From the NCBI GenBank assembly GCA_951813565.1, contig OX638351.1, positions 3,136,001 through 3,200,000 of the forward strand: a DNA stretch of 64,000 bases, written 5' to 3'. The notes beneath the pieces were generated by a model, which searched no databases, had not been told where the DNA came from, and saw only the letters and a list, made by a program, of their open reading frames with translations. This document shows, one piece after another, positions 1 through 10,347 of this stretch. This DNA is from an uncultured Poribacteria bacterium. Lineage in GTDB: Bacteria > Poribacteria > WGA-4E > WGA-3G. The first letter of the stretch is position 1, and each line of letters starts with the position of its first letter. The translations under genes were made by a program, and so were the position numbers.

Positions 1-2
1 CT

Positions 3-905
3 CCACTGATTTTCGCACAAGCACGACCTAACGTTCGTGGGAAACCCACTAAAGCAATGGTCGTTGGCTATACATTAGGTAAACTCGGCGGTCCTAAAAA
101 CGTTGTTGAAGGAAGAATGTTCAAACCGCGCCAATTTGAAGATTATCGTCCTGAAGACCCTGTCCCCTATGAAGTAATTGTTGATGAAAAGATGGGGCTT
201 GAAATTGGTGAATTGATCTCTGTTAGTAAGGAAAAGGTCAGAGTCGTAGGAAAGGCTAAAAGCCTGATGTTCGTCTTAGATACCCCTTTGCTCTTTATGG
301 ATGTCCGTGCGGCACAGAAAGTTTTTCTTGAAAACACACCTTATGTCAATATGATAATCGCAAAATCAAACATAAATCAACAACCATCAGAGGTCGCTGC
401 CAATTTAGATGCGTTTGAAACTATAGAAACACGCACATTAGAACATACACTTAAAGATATTATGGAATATTGGGTTGACAATCCGATGAAAGCAGTGCAG
501 TTTTTGCGAGTTATGCTCTGGTTAGCTGCGGGTTTGATCGTAGGAATGATTACTTATGTAACGATGCTTGAAAAGACACAGGAAATTGGCGTGCTGAAAG
601 CCATCGGCGCTTCAAACGGTTATGTAATGGGACTTCTACTCAAACAGGTCGCTTTAATCTCAGTCATCGGTGTGCTGCTTGGATTTATCTTATCCTATAT
701 ATTTGCGGCAGCAGCACCTATCTTTGTAGCAATTAATTTAGTTGAATCGCTCATCGTTGCGGGCATCAGTTTTATTGTCTGTAGTGGCAGCGGTTACCTT
801 GCAGCACGGAAAGCGATTATGGTTGATCCGATGATAGCGTTTCGCGGCGAGATTGACAGTGGCAGGATACGGCAAAATCAAAGTTTTGCTGACGCTGGTT
901 CCTAA
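3..905 (+). CDS. ABC transporter permease, FtsX/MacB-like (5'-partial)
   Basis: The frame is open from the window edge. C-terminal FtsX motif EKTQEIGVLKAIGAS plus TM helices; next to an ABC ATPase. Confidence 0.85.
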   Translation, partial: PLIFAQARPNVRGKPTKAMVVGYTLGKLGGPKNVVEGRMFKPRQFEDYRPEDPVPYEVIVDEKMGLEIGELISVSKEKVRVVGKAKSLMFVLDTPLLFMDVRAAQKVFLENTPYVNMIIAKSNINQQPSEVAANLDAFETIETRTLEHTLKDIMEYWVDNPMKAVQFLRVMLWLAAGLIVGMITYVTMLEKTQEIGVLKAIGASNGYVMGLLLKQVALISVIGVLLGFILSYIFAAAAPIFVAINLVESLIVAGISFIVCSGSGYLAARKAIMVDPMIAFRGEIDSGRIRQNQSFADAGS

Positions 906-949
906 TATAATTGAGGGGTGTGCATAAAAACTGATTTAAATATGCGCTT

Positions 950-1025
950 AAAGGTAGTAGGCACGCTCCGCGTGCCGTAACTAAATGCAAAAGAGGCGCA
1001 ATAAATTGCGCGACTACAAACGCCC
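950..1025. repeat. GTAG-type REP-like palindromes
   Basis: gtagtaggcacgctccgcgtgcc and ggcgcaataaattgcgcgactac. The latter recurs inverted at ~12089-12117. Confidence 0.65.
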
Positions 1026-1086
1026 TAATCTCAAAAAATATATAGATTTTCAGCACATTGGGTATACACTACTAAGAGGATGTATC

Positions 1087-1761
1087 ATGGCAACAATCGT
1101 AGAAGGAATCGGTTTAACCAAACGTTTTGGCATCGGTGATGCTGCTGTCGTCGCAATTGACTCGGTTGACATCCGAATCGAAGAACGTGAGTTGGTCATG
1201 ATTATGGGAGACAGCGGATGTGGAAAAACGACACTGATTAGTCTCCTTGGCTGCATTTTAACGCCGGATGCAGGGGAACTCAAAATTGATGGTGAAGCAA
1301 TCAATCCTGTAAATCAAGACCTGAGTGTGGTTCGCCGAGAAAAGATTGGGTTTGTTTTTCAGCTGTTCCATCTCCTACCATACCTATCAGCACTCGAAAA
1401 CGTTATGGTTGCGATGGACATTGCTAAAACAAACAGCGCTGAAGCAGAGAAACGGGGGATTGAGCTGCTGACACGCGTTGGCTTAAGTGAACGCCTGCAC
1501 CACCGTCCTGCCCAACTGTCTGGTGGCGAAAAACAACGCGTCTCTTTTGCACGCGCACTCGCTAACCGGCCCAAAATTATCTTTGCCGATGAACCAACTG
1601 CCAACTTAGATAGCCGCCAAAGCGACAATTTGATGAATCTGATTCAAGAACTACGGCAGGAACACCAAACCACTATCGCAATTGTGACCCACCATGAAGG
1701 GTTAAAAGAGAATGCTGATCGCGTTATCCAGATGAAAGACGGTAGGATAATTCCATCTTGA
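1087..1761 (+). CDS. ABC transporter ATP-binding protein (LolD/MacB-like)
   Basis: Walker [17 protein letters not shown] signature, DEPT Walker B. ATG 1087 follows gagga. Confidence 0.92.
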   Translation: MATIVEGIGLTKRFGIGDAAVVAIDSVDIRIEERELVMIMGDSGCGKTTLISLLGCILTPDAGELKIDGEAINPVNQDLSVVRREKIGFVFQLFHLLPYLSALENVMVAMDIAKTNSAEAEKRGIELLTRVGLSERLHHRPAQLSGGEKQRVSFARALANRPKIIFADEPTANLDSRQSDNLMNLIQELRQEHQTTIAIVTHHEGLKENADRVIQMKDGRIIPS

Positions 1762-3146
1762 AAGATAATACTTTATTAAAAGTTTTTAGCAGCGGCATCG
1801 TTGCCTCAGTAATTTTAATTCTGGTAATAGTCTCCCCGATTTCCGCTCAGGAACGATTAACACCAATGGCAGAGCAAGACTTTTTCACAAGCGGATTTTA
1901 CGGTGGCGGTTTAACATTCATCAACGGTGATTCCTACGTTCGGATTCAACTCCAACCGGAAATTCCACTTGGAAAAATCGGTATCGGCTTTGATCTCGTT
2001 TTACTTTACAATCCTTATGCAGAAAATGCCGAAGATCAATTCCTTGCTGAGGATGCTGAAGCATGGGACAGTGCAAGCACATGGTTGCGGCTTATTCGCT
2101 ACATCAGTTTTGGCGATCCATACGATCCCTTCTACTTCCGTCTCGGTGAGTTCGATTACCTGACAATCGGACACGGATCCATTATGTCCGGCTATTCTAA
2201 TCATGATCGGCGCGGGCTACACATGAACCTCAAGAAATCTGATAACCGATACGGTGTCGAAACGATGGTGAATGACCTCGGATATCCCACAATTTACGGT
2301 GGGCGTGGATTTTTCCGTCCGTTTCAACGACCTGAAAACAATAATCTGCTGACACGATTTGAACTCGGAACTACCTATCTGATTGATATTGACCCAAATT
2401 CGTCAGAAGAGGGCGAAGAACCTTTGGACGCTGTCGGTTTTGATGTAGGATTTCCTATTATTGAACGGAGTTCATTTCGGTTTGATCTCTATGACGATTT
2501 CGTTATGATTAATCCACCCCCTAAACCAGAAATTTTTGTGTTAGAGTCTATAGCAGCGAAAGAAAAATCTAAATCACATTCAGAAAACTCTGTAAACGAA
2601 TTGGGATGGGGTAACGCTGTTGGCATTGGCTTTGCTCATACCAAAGCCATTTTCAAATTTGAGTATCGTATCTTTAGTGATGGCTATATTCCTGCTGTGT
2701 TTGATTATACTTATGAAGTTGGCATGCCAGAATTTTGGGGCTACGAGACGAACAATGCATTGAGACGCGGATTTTTCACACAACTTATTTGGCAACCAAT
2801 GCCGCAGCTCCATTTTTTAGGTGCTTATGAAAACTACGACAACAACACATCCAAAATCTATCTCGGTGTTAAAGAATCTGGATTAGTTCCACGTCTAACA
2901 TACCGGGCATTTTATACAAAACGAAATATTGGACAAGATAGTGAAACTAACTTTTTTTTGGATCTATTTGACCTTGATGAAAAATCAGCACTCACCCTCG
3001 AAATTCGTTATGCAATCTTTCCACCCATGCAAACGATCTTCACTCATGAGTACCGATTCCGACGTGTTCAAACCGATGAAGGGACCTCACAATTTGAACC
3101 TATACATAAAACTTCAATCATGGTAGGCGTTACAACAGATTTTTAG
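1758..3146 (+). CDS. Secreted, probable outer-membrane beta-rich protein
   Basis: Signal-peptide-like N-terminus, amphipathic beta-strand pattern, C-terminal Phe. Confidence 0.55.
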   Translation: MKDNTLLKVFSSGIVASVILILVIVSPISAQERLTPMAEQDFFTSGFYGGGLTFINGDSYVRIQLQPEIPLGKIGIGFDLVLLYNPYAENAEDQFLAEDAEAWDSASTWLRLIRYISFGDPYDPFYFRLGEFDYLTIGHGSIMSGYSNHDRRGLHMNLKKSDNRYGVETMVNDLGYPTIYGGRGFFRPFQRPENNNLLTRFELGTTYLIDIDPNSSEEGEEPLDAVGFDVGFPIIERSSFRFDLYDDFVMINPPPKPEIFVLESIAAKEKSKSHSENSVNELGWGNAVGIGFAHTKAIFKFEYRIFSDGYIPAVFDYTYEVGMPEFWGYETNNALRRGFFTQLIWQPMPQLHFLGAYENYDNNTSKIYLGVKESGLVPRLTYRAFYTKRNIGQDSETNFFLDLFDLDEKSALTLEIRYAIFPPMQTIFTHEYRFRRVQTDEGTSQFEPIHKTSIMVGVTTDF

Positions 3147-3150
3147 CACT

Positions 3151-4511
3151 CCCCGTCAAACCCCCTGCCTTTAGGTAGGGGATGTAGACGGCGAAAGTTT
3201 TGATTTAAAATATACTTTTCAATCTAATCACAATGTGGTATAATATATCATACTATAGTGTAACTCTTGAAGTGATAAAAGACTATATTGAAGGTCAAAG
3301 TGGACAATGAGAAAAGCTCACAAGTTCAAACTTCAACACCAATCTAACACAATCAAACTCGGCAATATGCTTGATGATATGTGGCAAATCCATGTGCATA
3401 TCATGCGTTTGGCACGTAGGTATTATCGCATGTTCGGCAAAAATTTGTCTGCGTATCGTCTGAAGGCACACGTCACAAAACTTAAAAAGACAACTAAACC
3501 GCATTGGGCAGCCTTGCCGAGCCAAGTTGTGCAAGACGTTGTGCTGCGTTATGGTAAATCACAAGACGCATTTTTCCAAAATATAGCAAGCCGCAAATCA
3601 GGTAAAACAACGCGTAAAGTGGGTAGACCGAAAATCAAACCGAGACACAAATACAACTCCATGACCTTCACACAAGCGGGCTACAAACTTGAAGATAATC
3701 GTATCAAAATCAACTGTATAGATACATGGTTTTCCTACCACAAACACCGTGAAATCAAAGGTGTCATCAAGACGATCACGATCAAACGTGACAGGTGCGG
3801 TGACTATTGGATATGCTTTTCGTGCGAGAATGTTGACGATCCCGAACCCAAACCCAAGACAGGTAAGAGCGCAGGGTTTGATTATGGAAACAAAACATTC
3901 CTCACAAGCGACGAAGGCAACAAGGGACAATCTCCGCAGTTTTTCAAACAATCACTGAAAAAGTTGCGAGCCTTGAGCAAAGCGCTGAGCCGTAAAGTCA
4001 AAGGTTCTAACAACTATTATTGTGCGTGTCGTGCTTTAGCAAGGCAACACAGAAAAGTTGCCAGACAAAGAGAAGATTGGCAGTGGAAACTTGCTCACGA
4101 ACTTTGCTCAAACTTTGATACCCTCTATTTTGAAACCCTGAACCTTGACGGTATGAAACGGCTTTGGGGTCGTAAAGTTTCTGACCATTCTTTCTACCAG
4201 TTTCTTCAGATATTGGAACAGAAGTGTGCGAAGCACGGCAAAAAACTTGTGCAAATCTCTCAATGGATAGCAACAACAAAACCTTGTAGTGATTGTGGAT
4301 ACCATAACAAAGAACTCTCTCTTTCTGATAGGCAGTGGACATGTCCCGAATGTGGTTCACACCACGACAGAGACATCAATGCTGCTATCAATATCAAACA
4401 GGCAGGCTTGGCTGCCTAAAGTGGAGCGACACTAAGACGGTCAACTCTCTGAGAAAACCGCAGTCGCAAGGAAGCACAAGCCCCTACCTTTAGGTAGTGG
4501 GTACCTATGAC
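3151..4511 (+). mobile_element. IS200/IS605-family element, TnpB only (IS1341-like, non-autonomous)
   Basis: Related subterminal hairpins at each end: cccctgcctttaggtagggg (left) and cccctacctttaggtagtggg (right). No tnpA. Ends approximate. Confidence 0.85.
3307..4419 (+). CDS. tnpB: RNA-guided endonuclease TnpB
   Basis: RuvC D (GFDYG), E (FETL) and D (DRDINAA); Zn finger CSDC...CPEC. Confidence 0.93.
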   Translation: MRKAHKFKLQHQSNTIKLGNMLDDMWQIHVHIMRLARRYYRMFGKNLSAYRLKAHVTKLKKTTKPHWAALPSQVVQDVVLRYGKSQDAFFQNIASRKSGKTTRKVGRPKIKPRHKYNSMTFTQAGYKLEDNRIKINCIDTWFSYHKHREIKGVIKTITIKRDRCGDYWICFSCENVDDPEPKPKTGKSAGFDYGNKTFLTSDEGNKGQSPQFFKQSLKKLRALSKALSRKVKGSNNYYCACRALARQHRKVARQREDWQWKLAHELCSNFDTLYFETLNLDGMKRLWGRKVSDHSFYQFLQILEQKCAKHGKKLVQISQWIATTKPCSDCGYHNKELSLSDRQWTCPECGSHHDRDINAAINIKQAGLAA

Positions 4512-4517
4512 TATCTT

Positions 4518-6410
4518 ATGGAACAGACAGAAACAAAAGAAGTTGCAGAATTTACTAAGCAACGTCCTGAATTAAAAGGCATTTCAAAGTGGATTTTTGA
4601 GATTAGCGCTGTCTTTTTCGTTGGTTACTACATCTATAGTGCAGGTTTCGGCACCGCTGCTGAACAATACCATCTCGGTTTGTATCTACTCCTCACATTC
4701 GTTCTGATTGGTATCCTCTATAAATTCCATCAAAGTTCTCCTACCTCGCGTCCATCTGTTATTGATATATTGCTTGTATGTCTGAGCGCCTGTGCAATCG
4801 GCTATTGGATTATAGACTATCCTAATATTGTAGACCGAGCAGGTGCATATACACATTTAGATATTGTGATGGGTGCTATCGGACTTATTATCAGTTTTGA
4901 GATGAGTAGGCGTACAGTTGGATGGGGACTGCCTATTATTGCAGCTGTCGGCATCTTGTACGCGCTGTTTGGTCGTGTAATGCCGGAAGCAATCTCACAC
5001 CAAGGTTTTCCGTTTCGGAGGATTATTGAACACTGCTTTTTTGGTCAGGATGGGATTTTCGGCATCATGGCAAACGTGATGGCGACTTATGTAATCCTTT
5101 TTATCTTTTTTGGTGCTTTTTTAGAGAAATCTGGTGTAGGTCAATTTTTTATTGACCTGCCGATGTCGCTCACGGGCAGGTCAGTTGGTGGTGCAGCGAA
5201 AGTGTCTGTTGTCACTTCCGGTTTCTTTGGCTCTGTCGCTGGGAGTGCAATCGCAAACACAGTCACGACAGGCGCGTTTACGATTCCGTTGATGAAGCGA
5301 ACCGGTTTTCGCCCACACATTGCAGGCGCTGTTGAAGCATCAGCCTCTGTTGGTGGTCAATTCCTACCACCGGTCATGGGAGCTGGCGCTTTCTTAATAG
5401 CAGAACGGACAGGAATTTCTTATAGCAAAATTGCGCTCATATCTATTGTGCCTGCAGTCCTCTATTTTTTATCTGTATGGGTTATGGTGCATTTTGAGGC
5501 GAAAAAACAGGGGTTGGCACCGATACCTGAGTCAGAAATACCTAAACTCTCCACGCTCATTAAAACGGGTTGGTACTATCTATTACCTTTGATTACCCTC
5601 ATTCTATCTCTTATGAGGGGTTATTCTGCTTACAAGTCAGCGTTTTTCTCAATTCTTGTCACAATTGCAGTCAGTTACTTCCGTGCGGAAACACGGTTGA
5701 CACCGAAACGGATATGGGAAGCAATGGTCAATGGGGCTAAAAACTCGCTTGCCATCGGTGGTGCAGTCGGCACGATAGGTATTATCGTTGCCATTATTGA
5801 TCTGACAGGTTTAGGTAGGATATTTCCAGATTTAGTGCTATCAGTAGCAGGCAATAACAAAGCGATTGCAGTGTTGCTCCTCGCAGCTGCTTCCTTAATC
5901 TTGGGGATGGGGATTCCCGTCACCGCCGCTTACCTGATAACCTCATCACTCGCTGTGCCAATTCTAACAACACCGGAGATGGGTATACCTGTGATTGCTG
6001 CGCACCTGATCATCTTCTGGCTCAGTCAAGATTCCAATATTACACCGCCAGTTGCGTTAGGGGCTTATGCCGGTGCGGCAATCGCCCGTGCAGACCCGTG
6101 GAAAACGGGATGGGCATGTTTTAAGTTTGCCAAACTGCTATACATCATGCCCCTTCTGTTTGCGTACACGAATATTCTGTTTACAGGCACACTTGTGCAA
6201 AATGTGATGTCTGTCGTAACAGCATTAGTCGGTACTGTCATCTTTTCGATTGTCACAATGGGTTTCTTTAAGCGGAGAACGCACTGGTATGAATCAATAT
6301 TGCTCGCGCTTGCAGCGTTTCTTGCATACACTAACACTATTTTGACGTTTATTATTGCGATAGTCCTTCTTGCCACCGTGTTCGTGGTTCAAAAGCAGTC
6401 AGAATCATAA
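4518..6410 (+). CDS. TRAP transporter fused permease (4TM/12TM, TAXI-associated type)
   Basis: Motifs GSAIANTVTTG, AVEASASVGGQFLPPVMGAGAF, LGMGIP, NITPPVA; many TM helices. Confidence 0.9.
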   Translation: MEQTETKEVAEFTKQRPELKGISKWIFEISAVFFVGYYIYSAGFGTAAEQYHLGLYLLLTFVLIGILYKFHQSSPTSRPSVIDILLVCLSACAIGYWIIDYPNIVDRAGAYTHLDIVMGAIGLIISFEMSRRTVGWGLPIIAAVGILYALFGRVMPEAISHQGFPFRRIIEHCFFGQDGIFGIMANVMATYVILFIFFGAFLEKSGVGQFFIDLPMSLTGRSVGGAAKVSVVTSGFFGSVAGSAIANTVTTGAFTIPLMKRTGFRPHIAGAVEASASVGGQFLPPVMGAGAFLIAERTGISYSKIALISIVPAVLYFLSVWVMVHFEAKKQGLAPIPESEIPKLSTLIKTGWYYLLPLITLILSLMRGYSAYKSAFFSILVTIAVSYFRAETRLTPKRIWEAMVNGAKNSLAIGGAVGTIGIIVAIIDLTGLGRIFPDLVLSVAGNNKAIAVLLLAAASLILGMGIPVTAAYLITSSLAVPILTTPEMGIPVIAAHLIIFWLSQDSNITPPVALGAYAGAAIARADPWKTGWACFKFAKLLYIMPLLFAYTNILFTGTLVQNVMSVVTALVGTVIFSIVTMGFFKRRTHWYESILLALAAFLAYTNTILTFIIAIVLLATVFVVQKQSES

Positions 6411-6412
6411 AC

Positions 6413-7270
6413 TCACTTTGCTTGTGTCTCAACAATCTCTTGAAGTCGTTTCAAAATGTTGTCTGCTGCACGACGAGATGTGTCCTCATTAAATTCATCT
6501 ACAGCCTTTCCCGCTTGATGCAAATTCCCCATGTAGTACCGCGAGAAAAAAAAGTAGGTCCATAATACTGCATAAACGTAATGTTTATCCAGAACACTAT
6601 CAACCGTAACAAAACCGAGAGTACCGTTTAACGCGAGCGCGTTTACTCCACCCCGCCAATTGCCTGCGTAGACCTGCCCTGCCCCCGGAAAGATTGCGGA
6701 TAACACCTTAGCACCTCTGGGAGATTTACGTGGGAGATTAATTGCATGGTTAAAAAGATTATCCAACATTTCATCTGTGGTGTAGTTTTGTAACGACTCA
6801 TGCGCTTCTTGCCATCGAAATTGATAGATATTTGCAACCACTTGCAAGAAATGCGCGCGGCGGGACAGCGGTCCGGAAGGATTGCGAATTGTTACTTTTA
6901 TCAATTCAAGTCGGGCAAGATCATAGTTCTGTGAGGCAATAAGTGTTACTGCGAGTTCAAGTTGGTATTCGGACTTTGCATTTTCATCAGAAGCATGTAG
7001 CACAGCATTTCGCATTGCTAAAATTGTTTCCTGCAATAACCCTTGTGTTCTATAGGTGAGTCCGATTTTCTGATAGACCCCTGCTGCACGCATATCATCC
7101 GGATGAAAAAACAGAAAACGTTTGTATTCTGTAATGGCAGCATCATAATTTTCTAATTTAGAAAAATGGTCGCCGAGGGCAAGGAGATCTACTTCTGCAA
7201 TTGAAGTGAAATTGCAGAAAAGTGGAAAGATTAGCACAAGAAAAAATAATACGACAAGTTTCAAATTCAT
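6413..7270 (-). CDS. TPR-containing membrane/secreted protein
   Basis: N-terminal hydrophobic leader, TPR helices (AITEYKRFLFFHP), C-terminal LSAIFPGAGQVY segment. Confidence 0.7.
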   Translation of the reverse strand: MNLKLVVLFFLVLIFPLFCNFTSIAEVDLLALGDHFSKLENYDAAITEYKRFLFFHPDDMRAAGVYQKIGLTYRTQGLLQETILAMRNAVLHASDENAKSEYQLELAVTLIASQNYDLARLELIKVTIRNPSGPLSRRAHFLQVVANIYQFRWQEAHESLQNYTTDEMLDNLFNHAINLPRKSPRGAKVLSAIFPGAGQVYAGNWRGGVNALALNGTLGFVTVDSVLDKHYVYAVLWTYFFFSRYYMGNLHQAGKAVDEFNEDTSRRAADNILKRLQEIVETQAK

Positions 7271-7437
7271 TGAAAATCTAACTGGTTTTTGCTTCAAAGG
7301 TTATATGCATTTTGTATGAGGTATACTCAGTTTAGCATATTTAGATCTACTTTGCAATCCAGTTTTAGCACTGAGATAGGGTTGCTCCCGCCAAATACCA
7401 CGCGCATTTGGCGCAATTTATTCCACCTTTTACATTC

Positions 7438-8250
7438 TTGTAGGAGCGAGCTCCAGCTCGCGACATCGCTTAATCCGCGAAATCTTCGTCGTTACCGTAA
7501 ATTTGTGATTCAGAAATTGTCAAAAATTCATACACTCTTGTTACTGGGATTGGGTCGCGACCAGGAGGTTGCATAGGTGTCAATTTAAGCTTATAATTAC
7601 CAGATTGTCTCTTGTGAGAGGGAGACCTTGTCCGCCCGATTTTGTAAATCTCAACCTGTAAAATCCAAATCAACGCAGCATGCGCCAAATCAAGAAATCA
7701 ACGGTATGAACGCCTGTTGGCGTTCCCCGGGTATGAATGCCTGTTGGCATTCCCCGGGTATGAATGCCTGTTGGCATTCCCCGTATGGCATGCTGCCAAA
7801 TCAACGCTGAATGCGCGTGTAGGCATTCATCCAAATCAACGCAGCATGCGCGTATGGCATGCTGCGGGGTTGAAAACCCTCCCACAAGAAGGTGTATCCT
7901 TAAATTGATACCCATGGCGTCAATTTAGTGGATAAATCCCGTCAAACCTTGTAGGGCCAAATCAACGCCAAATGCGCTTTTTGGCATTTGGCGGGGTCTC
8001 TTTGCCCGCCATTGCTGATGTATTCAAACAACGGGCGGGCACCAAATCAAGAAATCAACGGTATGAATAACATTTAGTTATTCACCGGGTATGAATGCCT
8101 TTTGGCATTCCCCGGAGACCCGCCCCTACAATCGGGTTACGGTGTTGTTTGGGTTAAAATGTGTGAAACCTGAAATAAATCCTTAAATTGACACCTATGG
8201 TGTATCCTTAAATTGATACCTATGGGTCGCGACCAGAAGGTCGCTCCTAC
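7438..8250. repeat. Nested REP/MITE/micro-element cluster
   Basis: GTAG REP at 7440 and inverted REP at 8226-8250. Two CAT...ATG TIR elements (7572-8224 and 7913-8199). CCAAATCAA-hairpin units. 27-bp tandem x3 at 7703-7783. Confidence 0.85.
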
Positions 8251-8316
8251 ATTAAGAGACTTTAGATAGGTATTATTGGAAAAATGAATTGATTGAGTGC
8301 CGTGTCCTATTTGAAT

Positions 8317-8344
8317 TGACCTAATTTTTGGGACATGCTACAAT
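8317..8344 (+). promoter_or_regulatory. Putative sigma70 promoter for uxuA
   Basis: TTGACC ... TGcTACAAT. Confidence 0.45.
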
Positions 8345-8396
8345 GCCCTTAGTGCCAAAGTGCAAAGCGGAATTCTACCACTAAGGAGACAAAACA

Positions 8397-9395
8397 ATGG
8401 ATACATCCGAAAAACAACCACGCAAAAAAGCTGATATGCATGTCGGTGTCCAGGGAATTGGGACATCTGAAAAAGAGTTGGAATTCCTTGTCCGGCATGG
8501 TGTAGCACACATGGATGCATCAGTCAGAAACAACCAACCCGAAACCTTGATGGAACACAAATCGGAAGCAGAGGCAGCAGGTGTCAGCCTTGAGATGATT
8601 CACATTGGACTTGCAAAAAGCATTACACTTGCCCAAGACCCACAACGTGATAAAGATATTGATGGCGTTTGTAAGACAATCGAAAATGCTGCAAAGGCAG
8701 GTTTGCGGGGTCTGAATTATAACTTTTGCATCCTGAATCACCAGCGGACTCAAAGTACACAAGGACGTGGCGGTTCGTCTTATAGCACATTTGATTTCTC
8801 CAAGTACGATAATGAAACGCTCTCAGATGCAGGTGAGGTAAGCCGTGAAGAAGCGTTTGATCGTGTCGGATACTTTCTTGAACGTGTCATTCCCGTTGCC
8901 GAAGAGAACAAGGTTCAGATGGCATGTCACCCCAACGATCCACCTGCACCTGTTTTACGTGGTGTTGAACGTTGGAATTACCCCATCTTTGACGGATTAA
9001 AACGATTCGTTGAGATAATGGATAGTCCATACCACGGTTTTAATTTCTGCTGTGGGACTGTCTCGGAAGGTTTAGGCGACCCTGGTACCGAACTATACGA
9101 AATTATTGAGTATTTCGGCAAACGAAAGAAGATTTTCAATATTCATTTTCGCAATATTCGTGGTGGCTTGCATAACTTCCAAGAGGTATGGCCCGATGAG
9201 GGTGATGTGAACATGCATAAGGTCGCCCAAACACTGCGGGATGTAGAATATCCTTATATGCTAATGCCCGATCACGCGCCATCTCACCCAGATGATACTG
9301 CTCCCGCGGGTGTATCTGGTCGTGTGCGGCAAGCGTGGGCATTTCAATTTGGATATATCATTGCGCTAATTCAAGCGGTAAATTCAGAAAAGTGA
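8397..9395 (+). CDS. uxuA: Mannonate dehydratase (UxuA family)
   Basis: YFLERVIPVAEE..MACHPNDPP, NFCCGT, IHFRNIRG, DEGDVNM, MPDHAP motifs. Confidence 0.85.
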   Translation: MDTSEKQPRKKADMHVGVQGIGTSEKELEFLVRHGVAHMDASVRNNQPETLMEHKSEAEAAGVSLEMIHIGLAKSITLAQDPQRDKDIDGVCKTIENAAKAGLRGLNYNFCILNHQRTQSTQGRGGSSYSTFDFSKYDNETLSDAGEVSREEAFDRVGYFLERVIPVAEENKVQMACHPNDPPAPVLRGVERWNYPIFDGLKRFVEIMDSPYHGFNFCCGTVSEGLGDPGTELYEIIEYFGKRKKIFNIHFRNIRGGLHNFQEVWPDEGDVNMHKVAQTLRDVEYPYMLMPDHAPSHPDDTAPAGVSGRVRQAWAFQFGYIIALIQAVNSEK

Positions 9396-9535
9396 ACTGT
9401 TCAATTATATTGTTGATGCAAAAAGGAAGGTATGTTAAAATTCGTAATACCATTTACCTGCATAGTGTTGTTTAAATGGCAGCTGATAATTGGGTAACAG
9501 CAGAATCAAAATATCTTAATCTATTTGGAGGAAAA

Positions 9536-10330
9536 ATGAAAAAGAAGATTACGAATCGCTTGGCGATAGTTAGTATCACTTTATTCGTCATCATGCTCAC
9601 ATTCTCAGTAAAAATTGATGCGATTGAACCCGGGAGTGCTATGGCAATTTGGCTACTTGATGAAGGTGATGGGGATGTAATCAACGATAGTTCTGGAAAT
9701 GAGAACCATGGTGAACTGCAAGGTGGAAAATGGATTGATGGTCCTTCTGGCCCTGCCTTGAGTTTAGATGGAGTAAATGATCGGGTTATCGTGCCGGATT
9801 CCGATAGTTTATATGCCGACAAAGCATGGACAATCACAGCTTGGGTTTCTGTAAATCCTGCCGAGAACGGTTTTGGACATATAATCGGTAAAAGAGACGA
9901 TCCCGCTGCAACAGCAAATTACGCTTTCAGGACGAGTGGTAATGGTCAAGGATGGGAAGCTTACTTTAGGCTAAACGGCTGGAAAGGTGCCTGGAACCAA
10001 GGAGCCGTGAAGAAAGGCGTTTGGTTGTATATGACTGCTACTTATGATGGAACGAATACCATTAGGATTTATGAAAATGGATCCCAAATCGGTGCTGTTA
10101 ACGTTGGTGGTCCTCCACCAAGAGGGAGAGCAAATGTTCACATCGGTGGCTGGACTAACAACACTTCAGAAACTCTTAATGGCATGCTCTACGATGTAGC
10201 GATTTTCAATGTCGCGTTGTCTGAAGCGGATATTAATGAACTGATGGATGACGGCATTGCCGGTTTACTTCCAGTTGAACCTGCTGATAAGCTTACAACC
10301 ACATGGGGTAACATCAAATCCCGACAATAA
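9536..10330 (+). CDS. Secreted LamG/concanavalin-like jelly-roll protein
   Basis: Signal peptide; W..DEGDG...DSSGNENHG, ALSLDG, WLYMTATYDG; C-terminal VEPADKLTTTWGNIK. Confidence 0.85.
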   Translation: MKKKITNRLAIVSITLFVIMLTFSVKIDAIEPGSAMAIWLLDEGDGDVINDSSGNENHGELQGGKWIDGPSGPALSLDGVNDRVIVPDSDSLYADKAWTITAWVSVNPAENGFGHIIGKRDDPAATANYAFRTSGNGQGWEAYFRLNGWKGAWNQGAVKKGVWLYMTATYDGTNTIRIYENGSQIGAVNVGGPPPRGRANVHIGGWTNNTSETLNGMLYDVAIFNVALSEADINELMDDGIAGLLPVEPADKLTTTWGNIKSRQ

Positions 10331-10347
10331 TCGTTTCCTTTTCAAAT

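Noticed and set aside
7703..7783. CRISPR array (27-bp palindromic repeat x3)
   Set aside because: The repeats are directly adjacent with no spacers and no cas genes. They are better explained as stacked micro-elements.
7289..7915. Small ORFs (7289, 7470, 7628, 7670, 7717)
   Set aside because: They lie wholly or largely in REP/MITE repeats, and the peptide repeats simply mirror the DNA repeats.
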